From contig JBCKXT010000003.1 of NCBI GenBank assembly GCA_038921085.1, positions 31,708 to 95,707 on the forward strand: 64,000 bases of DNA, written 5' to 3'. A program made the translations under genes and the position numbers. Below the pieces are notes generated by a model, which saw nothing but the letters and a program-made list of their open reading frames with translations, was not told the DNA's origin and searched no databases. Origin of the DNA: Sphingopyxis sp. (GTDB lineage: Bacteria; Pseudomonadota; Alphaproteobacteria; Sphingomonadales; Sphingomonadaceae). Shown here piece after piece: positions 1 to 8,090 of the stretch (positions within the stretch are counted from its first letter, which is position 1; each line of letters opens with the position of its first letter).

Positions 1-1
1 C

Positions 2-952
2 GCCATAATTTAGCGCGTTGGAAATCAGATTGTGAAGCATCTGCGACAATTGCGCCTGGTCGCCCGGCACCAATGGGGCCTGAACGCTGTTGAGAATTAC
101 CTGCCTTTCCGGTTGGCTGTCACCAGCGACCAGTTCGGCAATGACGCTCTGGCACAGTGCCGACAGGTCCACCGGGTCGGTTGGCGGGCTGCCCTTGCTT
201 GCTTCGATCCGCGATATGGAGAGCAAATCCTCCACCAGTTGCAGCATCCGGCGCGCCTCAATTTCGGCGCTGGTCAAAAAGCGTTGGCGCAAGACCGCAT
301 CGGCTCCCGCATCAGGTTCGAGCAGGGTCTCCAATGTGCCGATGATGACCGCCAGTGGGGTGCGCAATTCATGGCTGGCATTGGCGACAAAGTCGGCGCG
401 CATCCGCTCAACCGCATCATGCGCGGTCTGATCCTCGAGCGTCACTAGCAACGCCCCGCTGGCCAGCGGCATAACCCGCATCTGCCAGCGCTGCCCAGGC
501 CGGCCGATGCCGACCAGATCGACAGCGTTGCTTTGCGCGGGGTTGTTCTGGTGTGTCAGTAAATCGCCAGCGGCCGGATGGCGGACCGCCAGCCGCACAT
601 CCACGCTGACGATGAAGTCGCCCAACAACGCCTTTGCTGCAATGTTGGCAGCGGCAATCTGTCCATCGCTAACGATCAACAAGGGAAAAGGCAGGGCATC
701 GACCAGATCGGAAAAGCCCGGGTGGTGGTGCAAAGCAGATGGTCGTAGCTGCGGACTTGGCGTGTGGGGTGTTTGCGGGTGTTCACTGCGTTCCGCGCCC
801 ATCGGCCCAGCCACAACCGCAAGCACCGCAGCAACTGCCGCCGCTGTCATCACGAATATCCCTACGGGTGGGGCACCCAATGCCCAGCTCAGCAGTGCCC
901 CACTGACAATTACGCTGGCTGCAACGATGATTGGGGCGCGATCGAACTTCAT
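2..952 (-). CDS. phoR: PhoR-like sensor histidine kinase (3' end runs off the window)
   Basis: Translated by hand (absent from the ORF track): ATG at 952, N-terminal TM segment, PAS-like region, H-box MRADFVANASHELRTPL, N-box QMLHNLISNALNYG at the window edge. Confidence 0.8.
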   Translation of the reverse strand, partial: MKFDRAPIIVAASVIVSGALLSWALGAPPVGIFVMTAAAVAAVLAVVAGPMGAERSEHPQTPHTPSPQLRPSALHHHPGFSDLVDALPFPLLIVSDGQIAAANIAAKALLGDFIVSVDVRLAVRHPAAGDLLTHQNNPAQSNAVDLVGIGRPGQRWQMRVMPLASGALLVTLEDQTAHDAVERMRADFVANASHELRTPLAVIIGTLETLLEPDAGADAVLRQRFLTSAEIEARRMLQLVEDLLSISRIEASKGSPPTDPVDLSALCQSVIAELVAGDSQPERQVILNSVQAPLVPGDQAQLSQMLHNLISNALNYG

Positions 953-1154
953 TAACGCGCGATTGGCGGGCAAATGCTGCCCCTGTCAATCCTCATGCTA
1001 AAATGCCGGACACAAGCGGCAGTCTCGCACAAGCACAATCAAGATGGTTAGCATGGTTGCCAAAAGCCCTAGAATTGACGATTCGCTTGTTGCTGGATTG
1101 CCCGTTAAAGTGGGCGCTGACGTTTGCGGGCGTGAAAGATGACTTTGGGGAATT

Positions 1155-1616
1155 GTGATGATTGACGATAGCCAGCGCGATGGGGTGCCACCTGGGGGTG
1201 AGCAGGGCGAAACCGCCGCAACGCCGCGCCGAGATGCCGGGGCTGCCGGTCATTCCGCTGCGCGCCGCACGGTGCTGATGGTTGGTGCCGCCGGTGTCGC
1301 TGCTGCGGTGACTATCCGTCCGGCCTTTGCCCAGACTGCTGCGTCAGTATTCAATTGCGAGATTCCGGTGCCCGACCCGGCCAACAGCGGGCGGTATATT
1401 GCGCTCAACGGGACATTGGTTCCCGCTGGCACGCGGGGCGCTTTTCCCGGTGCAGCGCGGGCGTTCAAGGGTGAAGAAGTGCGTCAGGCGCTGCAAGGCC
1501 GCTCGCTCCCCGGCACCAGCTATGAACAGGGTCAGGCCTATCTCAACTACATCCGCCGCCTGCGTGCGGGCCAGAGCGGCTTTACCTGTTACGCATCGAT
1601 CCAGATGCCGCGTTGA
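1155..1616 (+). CDS. Hypothetical protein with twin-arginine-like leader; probable substrate of the adjacent PqqD/kinase/NTase cassette
   Basis: SAARRTVLMVGAAGVAAAVTIRPAFA-Q (RR, hydrophobic stretch, AxA site); two Cys; 24 bp upstream of the PqqD gene on the same strand. Confidence 0.7.
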   Translation: MMIDDSQRDGVPPGGEQGETAATPRRDAGAAGHSAARRTVLMVGAAGVAAAVTIRPAFAQTAASVFNCEIPVPDPANSGRYIALNGTLVPAGTRGAFPGAARAFKGEEVRQALQGRSLPGTSYEQGQAYLNYIRRLRAGQSGFTCYASIQMPR

Positions 1617-1640
1617 GCTGTGAGCGTGGTTTGACCTGAC

Positions 1641-1937
1641 ATGGCCACGCCGCCCATGCCGCCGACGACATGGGTTGCCGCTGCGCCGGATCGTCTGGCC
1701 TCACAGCAGCTCGATGTGCTGAGCGCAGTATTTGACCGGGCATCGGGCCAGACTCATTTGCTGGCGGAGCCGCTGCCGCAGATATTGGCGGTTTTGAACA
1801 ACGCACCGGGCACCAGCTTGGACGTTGCCAATCGTCTGTCAATATCCTTTGACATCGAAGAGAGCGACAGCCTCGCACAACGCATAAGCGAATGCCTCGA
1901 CGAGCTGGCGGCTCTCGGCCTGGTGGTTAAGGCATGA
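1641..1937 (+). CDS. PqqD-family peptide chaperone / RiPP recognition element (HPr-rel-A type)
   Basis: 98 aa; VFDRASGQTHLL beta-strand motif and C-terminal LDELAALGLV helix typical of PqqD/RRE; ATGA overlap with the kinase gene. Confidence 0.85.
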   Translation: MATPPMPPTTWVAAAPDRLASQQLDVLSAVFDRASGQTHLLAEPLPQILAVLNNAPGTSLDVANRLSISFDIEESDSLAQRISECLDELAALGLVVKA

Positions 1938-2800
1938 CCCATAGCGCCAGCTTTCGGGTCGGCCCGGTCGGGTTTCGTATTGTCTCTGACTGGCGAGAGC
2001 CGGTGCGTCAGTTGCAGCAACTCTATGGTGCCTATCCCGCCCCGATTGCGGGCGTCGCCACCGCCACAGCCCGGATCGAAGCAGCGCGACCGTGGCGGCG
2101 CTGGTTGCGTCCGGCGGTGCATATTCGCGGCGATTACATCATCCCCGATGCCCTGCCCCTCCCGCTCTCGCAAGGGTTGCTCTCCGCAGAGATGGCGATG
2201 AACCTGCAAGTGGCGCTAGGCTGGCGGCAACATATGTTGCTCCACGCCAGCGCGGTCGAGCAGGGCGGGCGGGCGATAATCATGGTCGGGGCATCGGGTT
2301 CGGGTAAATCAACCTTGGCCGCGATGCTCGGCGAGGGTGACTGGCGATTGCTGGGTGACGAGTTTGCGATGCTGGGGCTGGACGACGGTCTGCTCGCTCC
2401 ATTTCCTCGGCTAGTCAGCCTGAAAAATGAGTCGATTGCCGAAATGGCGGCGCGGGTCAGCGTCGACCGGCTGGGACCACTGATTATCGGCACGCCAAAG
2501 GGGAGCATCCGCCATCTGGTCCCCCGCGCTGATGCGATTGCCCGGATGGATGAACCGGCGCGGCCGGTCCTTTTGTTGTTTCCCGGTTTTGGCGAGCAAG
2601 CCGGGTTGCGGGCGGTTGCCCCTAGCGAAGCGTTTATGCGCCTGACCGACAGTTCGACCAACTATGTGGCACTCGGCGAACCGGCCTTTGTGGCCCTCAC
2701 CCGGCTGGTGCGCGATGTGCCAGCGGTCGCCATCGGCTATGCAAGCGGGGCTCAAGGGGTCGCTGCGGTCGAGGCGTTGTGGGCGGAGGTGGGCGGATGA
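1934..2800 (+). CDS. HprK-related kinase A
   Basis: LLHASAVE, Walker A GASGSGKST, WRLLGDE, and FPRLVSLKNESI motifs. Confidence 0.88.
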   Translation: MTHSASFRVGPVGFRIVSDWREPVRQLQQLYGAYPAPIAGVATATARIEAARPWRRWLRPAVHIRGDYIIPDALPLPLSQGLLSAEMAMNLQVALGWRQHMLLHASAVEQGGRAIIMVGASGSGKSTLAAMLGEGDWRLLGDEFAMLGLDDGLLAPFPRLVSLKNESIAEMAARVSVDRLGPLIIGTPKGSIRHLVPRADAIARMDEPARPVLLLFPGFGEQAGLRAVAPSEAFMRLTDSSTNYVALGEPAFVALTRLVRDVPAVAIGYASGAQGVAAVEALWAEVGG

Positions 2801-3930
2801 AGGCTATGGCGCATCTCGTCGCGGCGCTGCGCGATCCGGCATCGGTGGCGGGGCTGTCTGGCCCGCAATGGAGCGCGCTGATGAGCGTTGCCCGAGGCGA
2901 AGTGTTGCTCGGAACACTGGCGCATCGTGTCGCCGACCAGCCGCTACCCGGCAGCGTGGCGGCAGAGTTGCGGGCCGCGCTCGCCAGCGCCAATCAGGCT
3001 CAGATCCACGCACTGTGGGAAGCGGAAATGTGCCACCGTGCGCTGTCACCGCTCGGCATCACCCCGGTGCTGCTCAAGGGCACAGCCTATGCTGCTGCCG
3101 GATTGCCCAATGCGGCGGGGCGGCAGATTGGCGACCTCGACATATTGGTGCCCCGCGACCGGCTGGATGAGGCAGAGGCGGCGTTGATTAGCGCGGGCTG
3201 GGAATGGGTCAAGGATGATCCCTATGACCAGGCCTATTACCGCGAGCATATGCACGAGCTGCCACCGCTGATCCACAAGACACGCGACCGGATGATCGAC
3301 GTTCACCACACCATCCTGCCGCTGACCGCAAAGCCGCGTCCGGATGTGGCGGCGATGCTAGCTGATGCGGTGGCGTTGTTGGGGGATGCTTATCCCCCCT
3401 CCCGCCTGCGGGAGGGGTCGGGGGTGGGCCTGAACGGCGAAAGAACGAGGCTCGTCTTTGGCTCATTCCCACCCCTAACCCCTCCCGCAGGCGGGAGGGG
3501 GACTTTGCAAATCCTCTGCCCCACCGACATGGTCTGCCATGCTGCCGCGCATTTATTTGCCGATGGGGATATGGCTGGCGGCCTTCGGAACCTGTGGGAC
3601 ATCCACAGTCTGCTGTCAGAGTTTTCCGGTGGCAAGGACGACGATGGATTTTGGCAAGACTTACAGAGCCGCGCTCAGCAGCATCAGCTATGGCCAGCGG
3701 TGCACCGCGCCATCCGGCTGTCCCACAGCCTGTTTGCAACCAACATTCCCAGTGCCATGGCCGGGCGCGTGCGCCACGACAAATATTACCGCATCCGTAT
3801 GTTGGCGCGCGATGACTGGGGCCGCGAAAGCCACCGGCTTATCCGCCTTATCTTCTATATCCGCTCGCACCTGATCCGGATGCCATTGCCGATGTTGCTG
3901 CGCCATCTGTGGACAAAATGGCGGCGTTGA
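2797..3930 (+). CDS. Nucleotidyltransferase family protein (NTP_transf_5-like) with an in-frame repeat insertion
   Basis: VLLKGTAY, RQIGDLDILVP, HELPP and IDVHH motifs; ATG at 2797 overlaps the kinase stop (the track starts the ORF at 2779). Confidence 0.85.
   Translation: MKAMAHLVAALRDPASVAGLSGPQWSALMSVARGEVLLGTLAHRVADQPLPGSVAAELRAALASANQAQIHALWEAEMCHRALSPLGITPVLLKGTAYAAAGLPNAAGRQIGDLDILVPRDRLDEAEAALISAGWEWVKDDPYDQAYYREHMHELPPLIHKTRDRMIDVHHTILPLTAKPRPDVAAMLADAVALLGDAYPPSRLREGSGVGLNGERTRLVFGSFPPLTPPAGGRGTLQILCPTDMVCHAAAHLFADGDMAGGLRNLWDIHSLLSEFSGGKDDDGFWQDLQSRAQQHQLWPAVHRAIRLSHSLFATNIPSAMAGRVRHDKYYRIRMLARDDWGRESHRLIRLIFYIRSHLIRMPLPMLLRHLWTKWRR
3395..3501. repeat. Palindromic MITE/REP-like element (CCCCTCCC...GGGAGGGG family) inserted in frame in the NTase gene
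   Basis: Perfect 23-bp terminal inverted repeat ccccctcccgcctgcgggagggg, extending imperfectly to about 34 bp; encodes PPSRLREGSGVG...FPPLTPPAGGRG. Confidence 0.85.
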
Positions 3931-3958
3931 CAATCGAGCGTATGTTCTTAATATGTTC
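3927..3958 (+). promoter_or_regulatory. sigma70 promoter with overlapping alphaproteobacterial LexA (SOS) box
   Basis: TTGACA at 3927-3932, TAATAT at 3949-3954, GTTC-ttaatat-GTTC (GTTC-N7-GTTC) at 3944-3958. Confidence 0.75.
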
Positions 3959-3985
3959 CGAACGCAACGAATCGAGGAGGATTTT

Positions 3986-4357
3986 ATGATTGGTTATGTG
4001 ACTTTGGGCACCAATGATCTGCCGCGTGCTGCGGTGTTTTATGATGCCATCGCGGCGGAACTGGACACGCCCCGGATGATGGAATTTGACGGCTTCATCG
4101 CATGGGGAAAGCCCGGCGGTGCGGCGGGAATCGGCCTTACCAAGCCGTTCGACGGCAATGCACCGAGCGTAGGCAATGGTGTGATGGTGGGGCTGGCGGC
4201 CAAGGACAAGGATCAGGTCCATCGCCTTTATGACATCGCGCTTGCCAATGGCGGCAGCGACGAAGGGCCGCCGGGGCCGCGCGGTGATGGGGGGTTTTAT
4301 GCGGGCTATTTCCGTGATCCCGATGGCAACAAACTCAACGCCTTTATCATGGAGTAA
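3986..4357 (+). CDS. VOC/glyoxalase-bleomycin resistance family protein (MmcA-like)
   Basis: MIGYVTLGTNDL...FYAGYFRDPDGNKL; RBS GAGGAGG before ATG 3986. Confidence 0.88.
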   Translation: MIGYVTLGTNDLPRAAVFYDAIAAELDTPRMMEFDGFIAWGKPGGAAGIGLTKPFDGNAPSVGNGVMVGLAAKDKDQVHRLYDIALANGGSDEGPPGPRGDGGFYAGYFRDPDGNKLNAFIME

Positions 4358-4372
4358 ATCCGGTTTGGTGAC

Positions 4373-4478
4373 CTAGAGCCTGATCCACATTAGTGGAATC
4401 AAAAAGTGGCTCTAGTCTGTTTGTTTACCGCCTTTTCCAAGCCGCCGGATGTTTCCATCCGGCTTGAAAAGGCTCTAG
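4373..4478. repeat. CIR/RIME-like intergenic repeat (CTAGAGCC...GGCTCTAG) with a GANTC site
   Basis: CTAGAGCC/GGCTCTAG termini, internal GAATC; a second, inverted copy lies at 51182-51321. Confidence 0.8.
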
Positions 4479-4527
4479 GCGTCGCTTGGTCTGGAATCGG
4501 CAAGCAATTGGTGGCAAAGCGCGGGGC

Positions 4528-5925
4528 ATGACTAAAGCCACACCGCCCCGTCCGCATTCTCGTCCTCTGGCCCGACCATTGGCCGCGATCATCCTTGCTG
4601 CTGGGCAGGGCGCCCGGATGCAGTCATCGCTGCACAAGGTGCTGCACCCGCTGGCGGGCAAGCCGATGCTCGACCATTTGCTCGATGCGGTAGCGGCGCT
4701 GGGCGCGACGCGCACCGTGGTGGTGGTCGGCGCGGACGGCGAACAGGTCAAGGCGGCGGTCGCGGGCCGCGATGTCAGCGTCGCCCGGCAGCGCGAACAG
4801 CTTGGCACCGGCCATGCGGTGTTGATGGCAAAGGATGCGCTGGCGGGGTTCGCGGGCGATGTCCTGATCCTCTATGGCGATGTGCCGCTGGTCAGCGCCG
4901 CGACCATGACCCGGATGATCGAGCGGCTGAACTTTGGCATTGAACCGCGTGCCGTCGTGCTGGGCTTTCGCCCCGATGATGCCGGAGCCTATGGCCGGAT
5001 CATCGTCAAGGCCGACGGCACCATCACCAAGATGGTCGAGTATAAGGACGCCTCGCCAGCCGAACGCGCCGTCACCCTGTGCAATTCGGGACTGATGGCG
5101 GTCAGGTCATCCGACCTGTTCGTGCTGCTCGACAGCATCGGCAACGACAATGCGGCGGGCGAATATTACCTCCCCGATATTGTCATGCTGCCCGGCCATG
5201 CCAGCGCGGTGATCGAGGTTGAGGAGGCGAGCGAAGTCGCCGGGGTCAACAGCCGCGCCGAACTAGCCGCATTGGAAGGCGTGTGGCAACAGCGCCGCCG
5301 CGCCGCCGCGATGGCTGCTGGCGTCACCTTGATCGCGCCGGAAACCGTGTGGTTCAGCCACGACACGGTTATCGCCCGCGATGTCACCATCGAACCCAAT
5401 GTCTGGTTTGGCCCCGGCGTTAGTGTCGCCGACGGCGCAACGATCCGTGCGTTCAGCCATATTGAGGGGGCGACAATTGGCGAGGGCGCGCAGGTCGGCC
5501 CCTATGCGCGGCTGCGCCCCGGCGCGGTGCTCGGCGAGAAATCAAAGGTCGGTAATTTCGTCGAGGTCAAGCAATCGACATTGGGCAAGGGCGCCAAGGC
5601 CAATCACCTAAGCTACATTGGCGACGCCACCGTCGGCGCGGGGGCAAACATTGGCGCAGGGACAATCACCTGCAATTATGACGGCTATTTCAAATACCAA
5701 ACGGTGATTGGCGAAGGCGCGTTCATCGGCAGCAATACCGCCCTCGTCGCGCCGGTGACGATTGGCGCGGGCGCGATTGTGGGGGCAGGGGCGACCGTCA
5801 CAGCAGATGTGGCGGCGGACGCGCTCGCGCTTGCCCGCGCTCCGCAACAGGCAAAGCCGGGCTGGGCCAAACGGTTCCGCGAGGCGATGACGGCTAAGAA
5901 GGCGGTGGCGAAGGCCGGGAAGTAA
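4528..5925 (+). CDS. glmU: Bifunctional UDP-GlcNAc pyrophosphorylase / glucosamine-1-P acetyltransferase
   Basis: LAAGQGARM, LGTGHAV, hexapeptide repeats, NHLSYIGDA, GAGTITCNYDG. Confidence 0.97.
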   Translation: MTKATPPRPHSRPLARPLAAIILAAGQGARMQSSLHKVLHPLAGKPMLDHLLDAVAALGATRTVVVVGADGEQVKAAVAGRDVSVARQREQLGTGHAVLMAKDALAGFAGDVLILYGDVPLVSAATMTRMIERLNFGIEPRAVVLGFRPDDAGAYGRIIVKADGTITKMVEYKDASPAERAVTLCNSGLMAVRSSDLFVLLDSIGNDNAAGEYYLPDIVMLPGHASAVIEVEEASEVAGVNSRAELAALEGVWQQRRRAAAMAAGVTLIAPETVWFSHDTVIARDVTIEPNVWFGPGVSVADGATIRAFSHIEGATIGEGAQVGPYARLRPGAVLGEKSKVGNFVEVKQSTLGKGAKANHLSYIGDATVGAGANIGAGTITCNYDGYFKYQTVIGEGAFIGSNTALVAPVTIGAGAIVGAGATVTADVAADALALARAPQQAKPGWAKRFREAMTAKKAVAKAGK

Positions 5926-5930
5926 ATCTT

Positions 5931-6033
5931 CGTCATGCTGAACTTGTTTCAGCATCCACGGCCTGACTGGCCAAAGACCACCATGTTAGGAGCGATGCTC
6001 GACCATGGACCCTGAAACGAGTTCAGGGTGACG
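5931..6033. repeat. CGTC-type REP inverted doublet
   Basis: CGTCATGCTGAACTTGTTTCAGCATCC ... GGACCCTGAAACGAGTTCAGGGTGACG; inverted copy at 11528-11630. Confidence 0.85.
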
Positions 6034-6080
6034 AGGTGTTCGGGCTGAATCTATGCTTTTCTCAGATGCTGTTGACGGCT

Positions 6081-6575
6081 TCAGGCACTCTGTTCATCGG
6101 CGACAATTTCGATCACAACATCCTGACGAGAAACCGCTCGACCGCTCGTATCCACCAAACTAACGATCAATGCATCCCCCGTCTTCCTGTCACTCAACCG
6201 AAACAGCGTTGGATTCTGGCTCAAATGTTGATCGCCCCATTGCATCAATGCGATCAGCGAAATACCGAGGTCTTGGCCGCTTGTGGTCAGGCGGTATTCG
6301 AGGCGAACACGGGTCTTCCCTTCGCGATAAGGTCGCCGTTCTAGCACACCACGCCGAACGAGCATATCGAGACGGCTGCTCAAAACACCGCGCGGGATCT
6401 GCAAATCCTGACGTAAATCGGCGAAACGCGACACACCATAAAAGGCCTCACGTACAATCAACATCGTCCAGCGGTCGCCGAATAGGGCGCACGCCAGCGC
6501 CATGCCGCAGCGATCTTGAGTGATGGGTGCTTGCCGCACATGAGCGGGAATCGGTTCTTTGTTCTCATTTGACAT
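6081..6575 (-). CDS. HxlR-family winged-helix transcriptional regulator
   Basis: GDRWTMLIVREAFYGVSRFADL...YRLTTSGQDL...LMQWGD. Confidence 0.92.
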   Translation of the reverse strand: MSNENKEPIPAHVRQAPITQDRCGMALACALFGDRWTMLIVREAFYGVSRFADLRQDLQIPRGVLSSRLDMLVRRGVLERRPYREGKTRVRLEYRLTTSGQDLGISLIALMQWGDQHLSQNPTLFRLSDRKTGDALIVSLVDTSGRAVSRQDVVIEIVADEQSA

Positions 6576-6600
6576 GGGGATTCAAATAGTGCACCTGATG

Positions 6601-6623
6601 CTGAGTTCAAAATAAGGATTCAG
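6601..6623. promoter_or_regulatory. Probable operator of the HxlR regulator
   Basis: Imperfect palindrome CTGAGTTC-N7-GGATTCAG in the 50-bp divergent gap. Confidence 0.5.
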
Positions 6624-6625
6624 AT

Positions 6626-7009
6626 ATGCCTTTCATTAGCTTGCTACTCATCCTCAAAATCGGTGTGACGGCCCTATTGACCGCGATGCCCTTCCTACTT
6701 TTGCCAGAGGCAAAACTTGCCAAAATGACCGGTGTTGAAAATGGCGGTGCGTTCTTTCGGCTCTATGGGGTTGCAATCCTAGCCCTGCTGGTGGGTTATT
6801 CCGGTGGGTTTGCGATCATCGCGGACGAGCGCTTTCCTTGGGGTATTGCCGCCATGGGCATTGTTTCCAACGGCGGTGCGGCGGCGGTGTTGTTTCTAAC
6901 CGGTGGCTGGCGGCGCGCAAAGACGATCAGCGCTTTTGTCGCATTAATCGCACTCGGGCTGATAATGGCTTGCGCAAACAGCAATTGGGCGATGACACCG
7001 CTATGGTGA
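6626..7009 (+). CDS. Small four-TM membrane protein
   Basis: Four hydrophobic segments; divergent from the HxlR gene. Confidence 0.75.
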   Translation: MPFISLLLILKIGVTALLTAMPFLLLPEAKLAKMTGVENGGAFFRLYGVAILALLVGYSGGFAIIADERFPWGIAAMGIVSNGGAAAVLFLTGGWRRAKTISAFVALIALGLIMACANSNWAMTPLW

Positions 7010-7128
7010 TTCCAACTACACAGTTGTGCATGGCAGCAAGTCGCAGATTGATGCAATTGCTCATACACTCGGCACCTTGACCGGCTCACGCGCCAGCTTG
7101 CGGAACACCGCGATCAGCGCGAAAAGGC

Positions 7129-7181
7129 GGCTGTGCCAAACGGTTCCGCGAGGCGATGGCGGTGCGCAAGGCGGGGAAGTA
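7129..7181 (+). pseudogene. Duplicated, diverged remnant of the glmU 3' end
   Basis: 7129-7158 matches glmU 5860-5889 at 29/30 nt; reads AKRFREAMAVRKAGK versus glmU AKRFREAMTAKKAVAKAGK. Confidence 0.8.
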
Positions 7182-7298
7182 TGTGAATGGCACTCAAGCC
7201 CACCTCGCGGAGGAGAGCGACAAGTCCCTTCCCCTGAAGTGGAGGGGCTTGAATAGACGCATCCGTATCGCCTTTTGTCTCGACCAAATAGACACACC

Positions 7299-7335
7299 TT
7301 GACATGATATCATGATATGATATCATGATATCATC
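7299..7335 (+). promoter_or_regulatory. TA-operon promoter with three ATGATATCAT palindromes (antitoxin operator)
   Basis: TTGACA at 7299-7304, TATCAT at 7321-7326; ATGATATCAT at 7304, 7317 and 7325; no RBS before ATG 7336. Confidence 0.7.
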
Positions 7336-7698
7336 ATGGCCCGTATCCTTGCCGACATTCCCGATGAAGACATCAAATGGCTTGACCAGCTTGCGGCTGA
7401 GCAGGGCAAGTCGCGTGCGGCTGTGTTGCGGGAGGCGGTTTCTGCCTACCGGCCGCAGACGCCGAAAGATTGGTTAGAAGCTGGTTTTGGCCTCTGGGCG
7501 CGGCACGGCATTTCTATTGATCCACATGACTATGACCGGCAACGGCGGGCGGAATGGACGCGGCCATGGGATGACGATTATGAGGAAGTCCGAGCTGAAT
7601 CGCCGGAATATTTCTCGAAAGAAGATGACAAAGAGCGGGCGCATTATCTCGCTCTGACGAAAAAGGCCGCAACCAAGCGCACCAAGAATGCCGCATGA
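7336..7698 (+). CDS. RHH/CopG-family antitoxin (VapB-like)
   Basis: MARILADIPDEDIKWLDQLAAEQGKSRAAVLREAV; ATGA overlap with the PIN gene. Confidence 0.85.
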   Translation: MARILADIPDEDIKWLDQLAAEQGKSRAAVLREAVSAYRPQTPKDWLEAGFGLWARHGISIDPHDYDRQRRAEWTRPWDDDYEEVRAESPEYFSKEDDKERAHYLALTKKAATKRTKNAA

Positions 7699-8075
7699 GC
7701 GGTTATAGCCTCGACGCCAATATCTTGATTGACGCGTTGCTGGGTTACAATCCAGCGCATCGCGAAATGACGCGAATTGCGCACAGCGGGGCACGCATGT
7801 GGATCAGCCGAATGGCTTGGATCGAAGTGCTTTCGAAGGGTAATGATGCGATAGTTCGGGATGCACTTCAATTTCTCGGTCGTTTCGGTCTCGACGAAAT
7901 TGACGATGAGATCGGCGCGCGGGCGGCATCGCTGCGCCGTGAACGACCAAGGCTAAAATCTCCCGATGCCATCATATTGGCAACTGCCCAGACCAGGGGC
8001 CGTGTGCTGGTAACTCGAAATATCAGGGATTTTCCCGCAGAAATGCCGGGCATTCGGGTTCCCTATATCCTCTAG
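7695..8075 (+). CDS. vapC: PIN-domain toxin (VapC family)
   Basis: LDANILID...E...DAIILATA...LVTRNIRDF. Confidence 0.92.
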   Translation: MSGYSLDANILIDALLGYNPAHREMTRIAHSGARMWISRMAWIEVLSKGNDAIVRDALQFLGRFGLDEIDDEIGARAASLRRERPRLKSPDAIILATAQTRGRVLVTRNIRDFPAEMPGIRVPYIL

Positions 8076-8090
8076 ACGAAAGCATATCCC

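Noticed and set aside
1040-1130. sigma54 promoter for the cassette, or a Pho box between phoR and the cassette
   Set aside because: The GG...GC candidates have 11-nt rather than 10-nt spacing, and there is no clear tandem CTGTCAT repeat.
1155-3930. Lasso peptide cluster
   Set aside because: No asparagine-synthetase-like cyclase, no transglutaminase-like peptidase, and no short lasso precursor.
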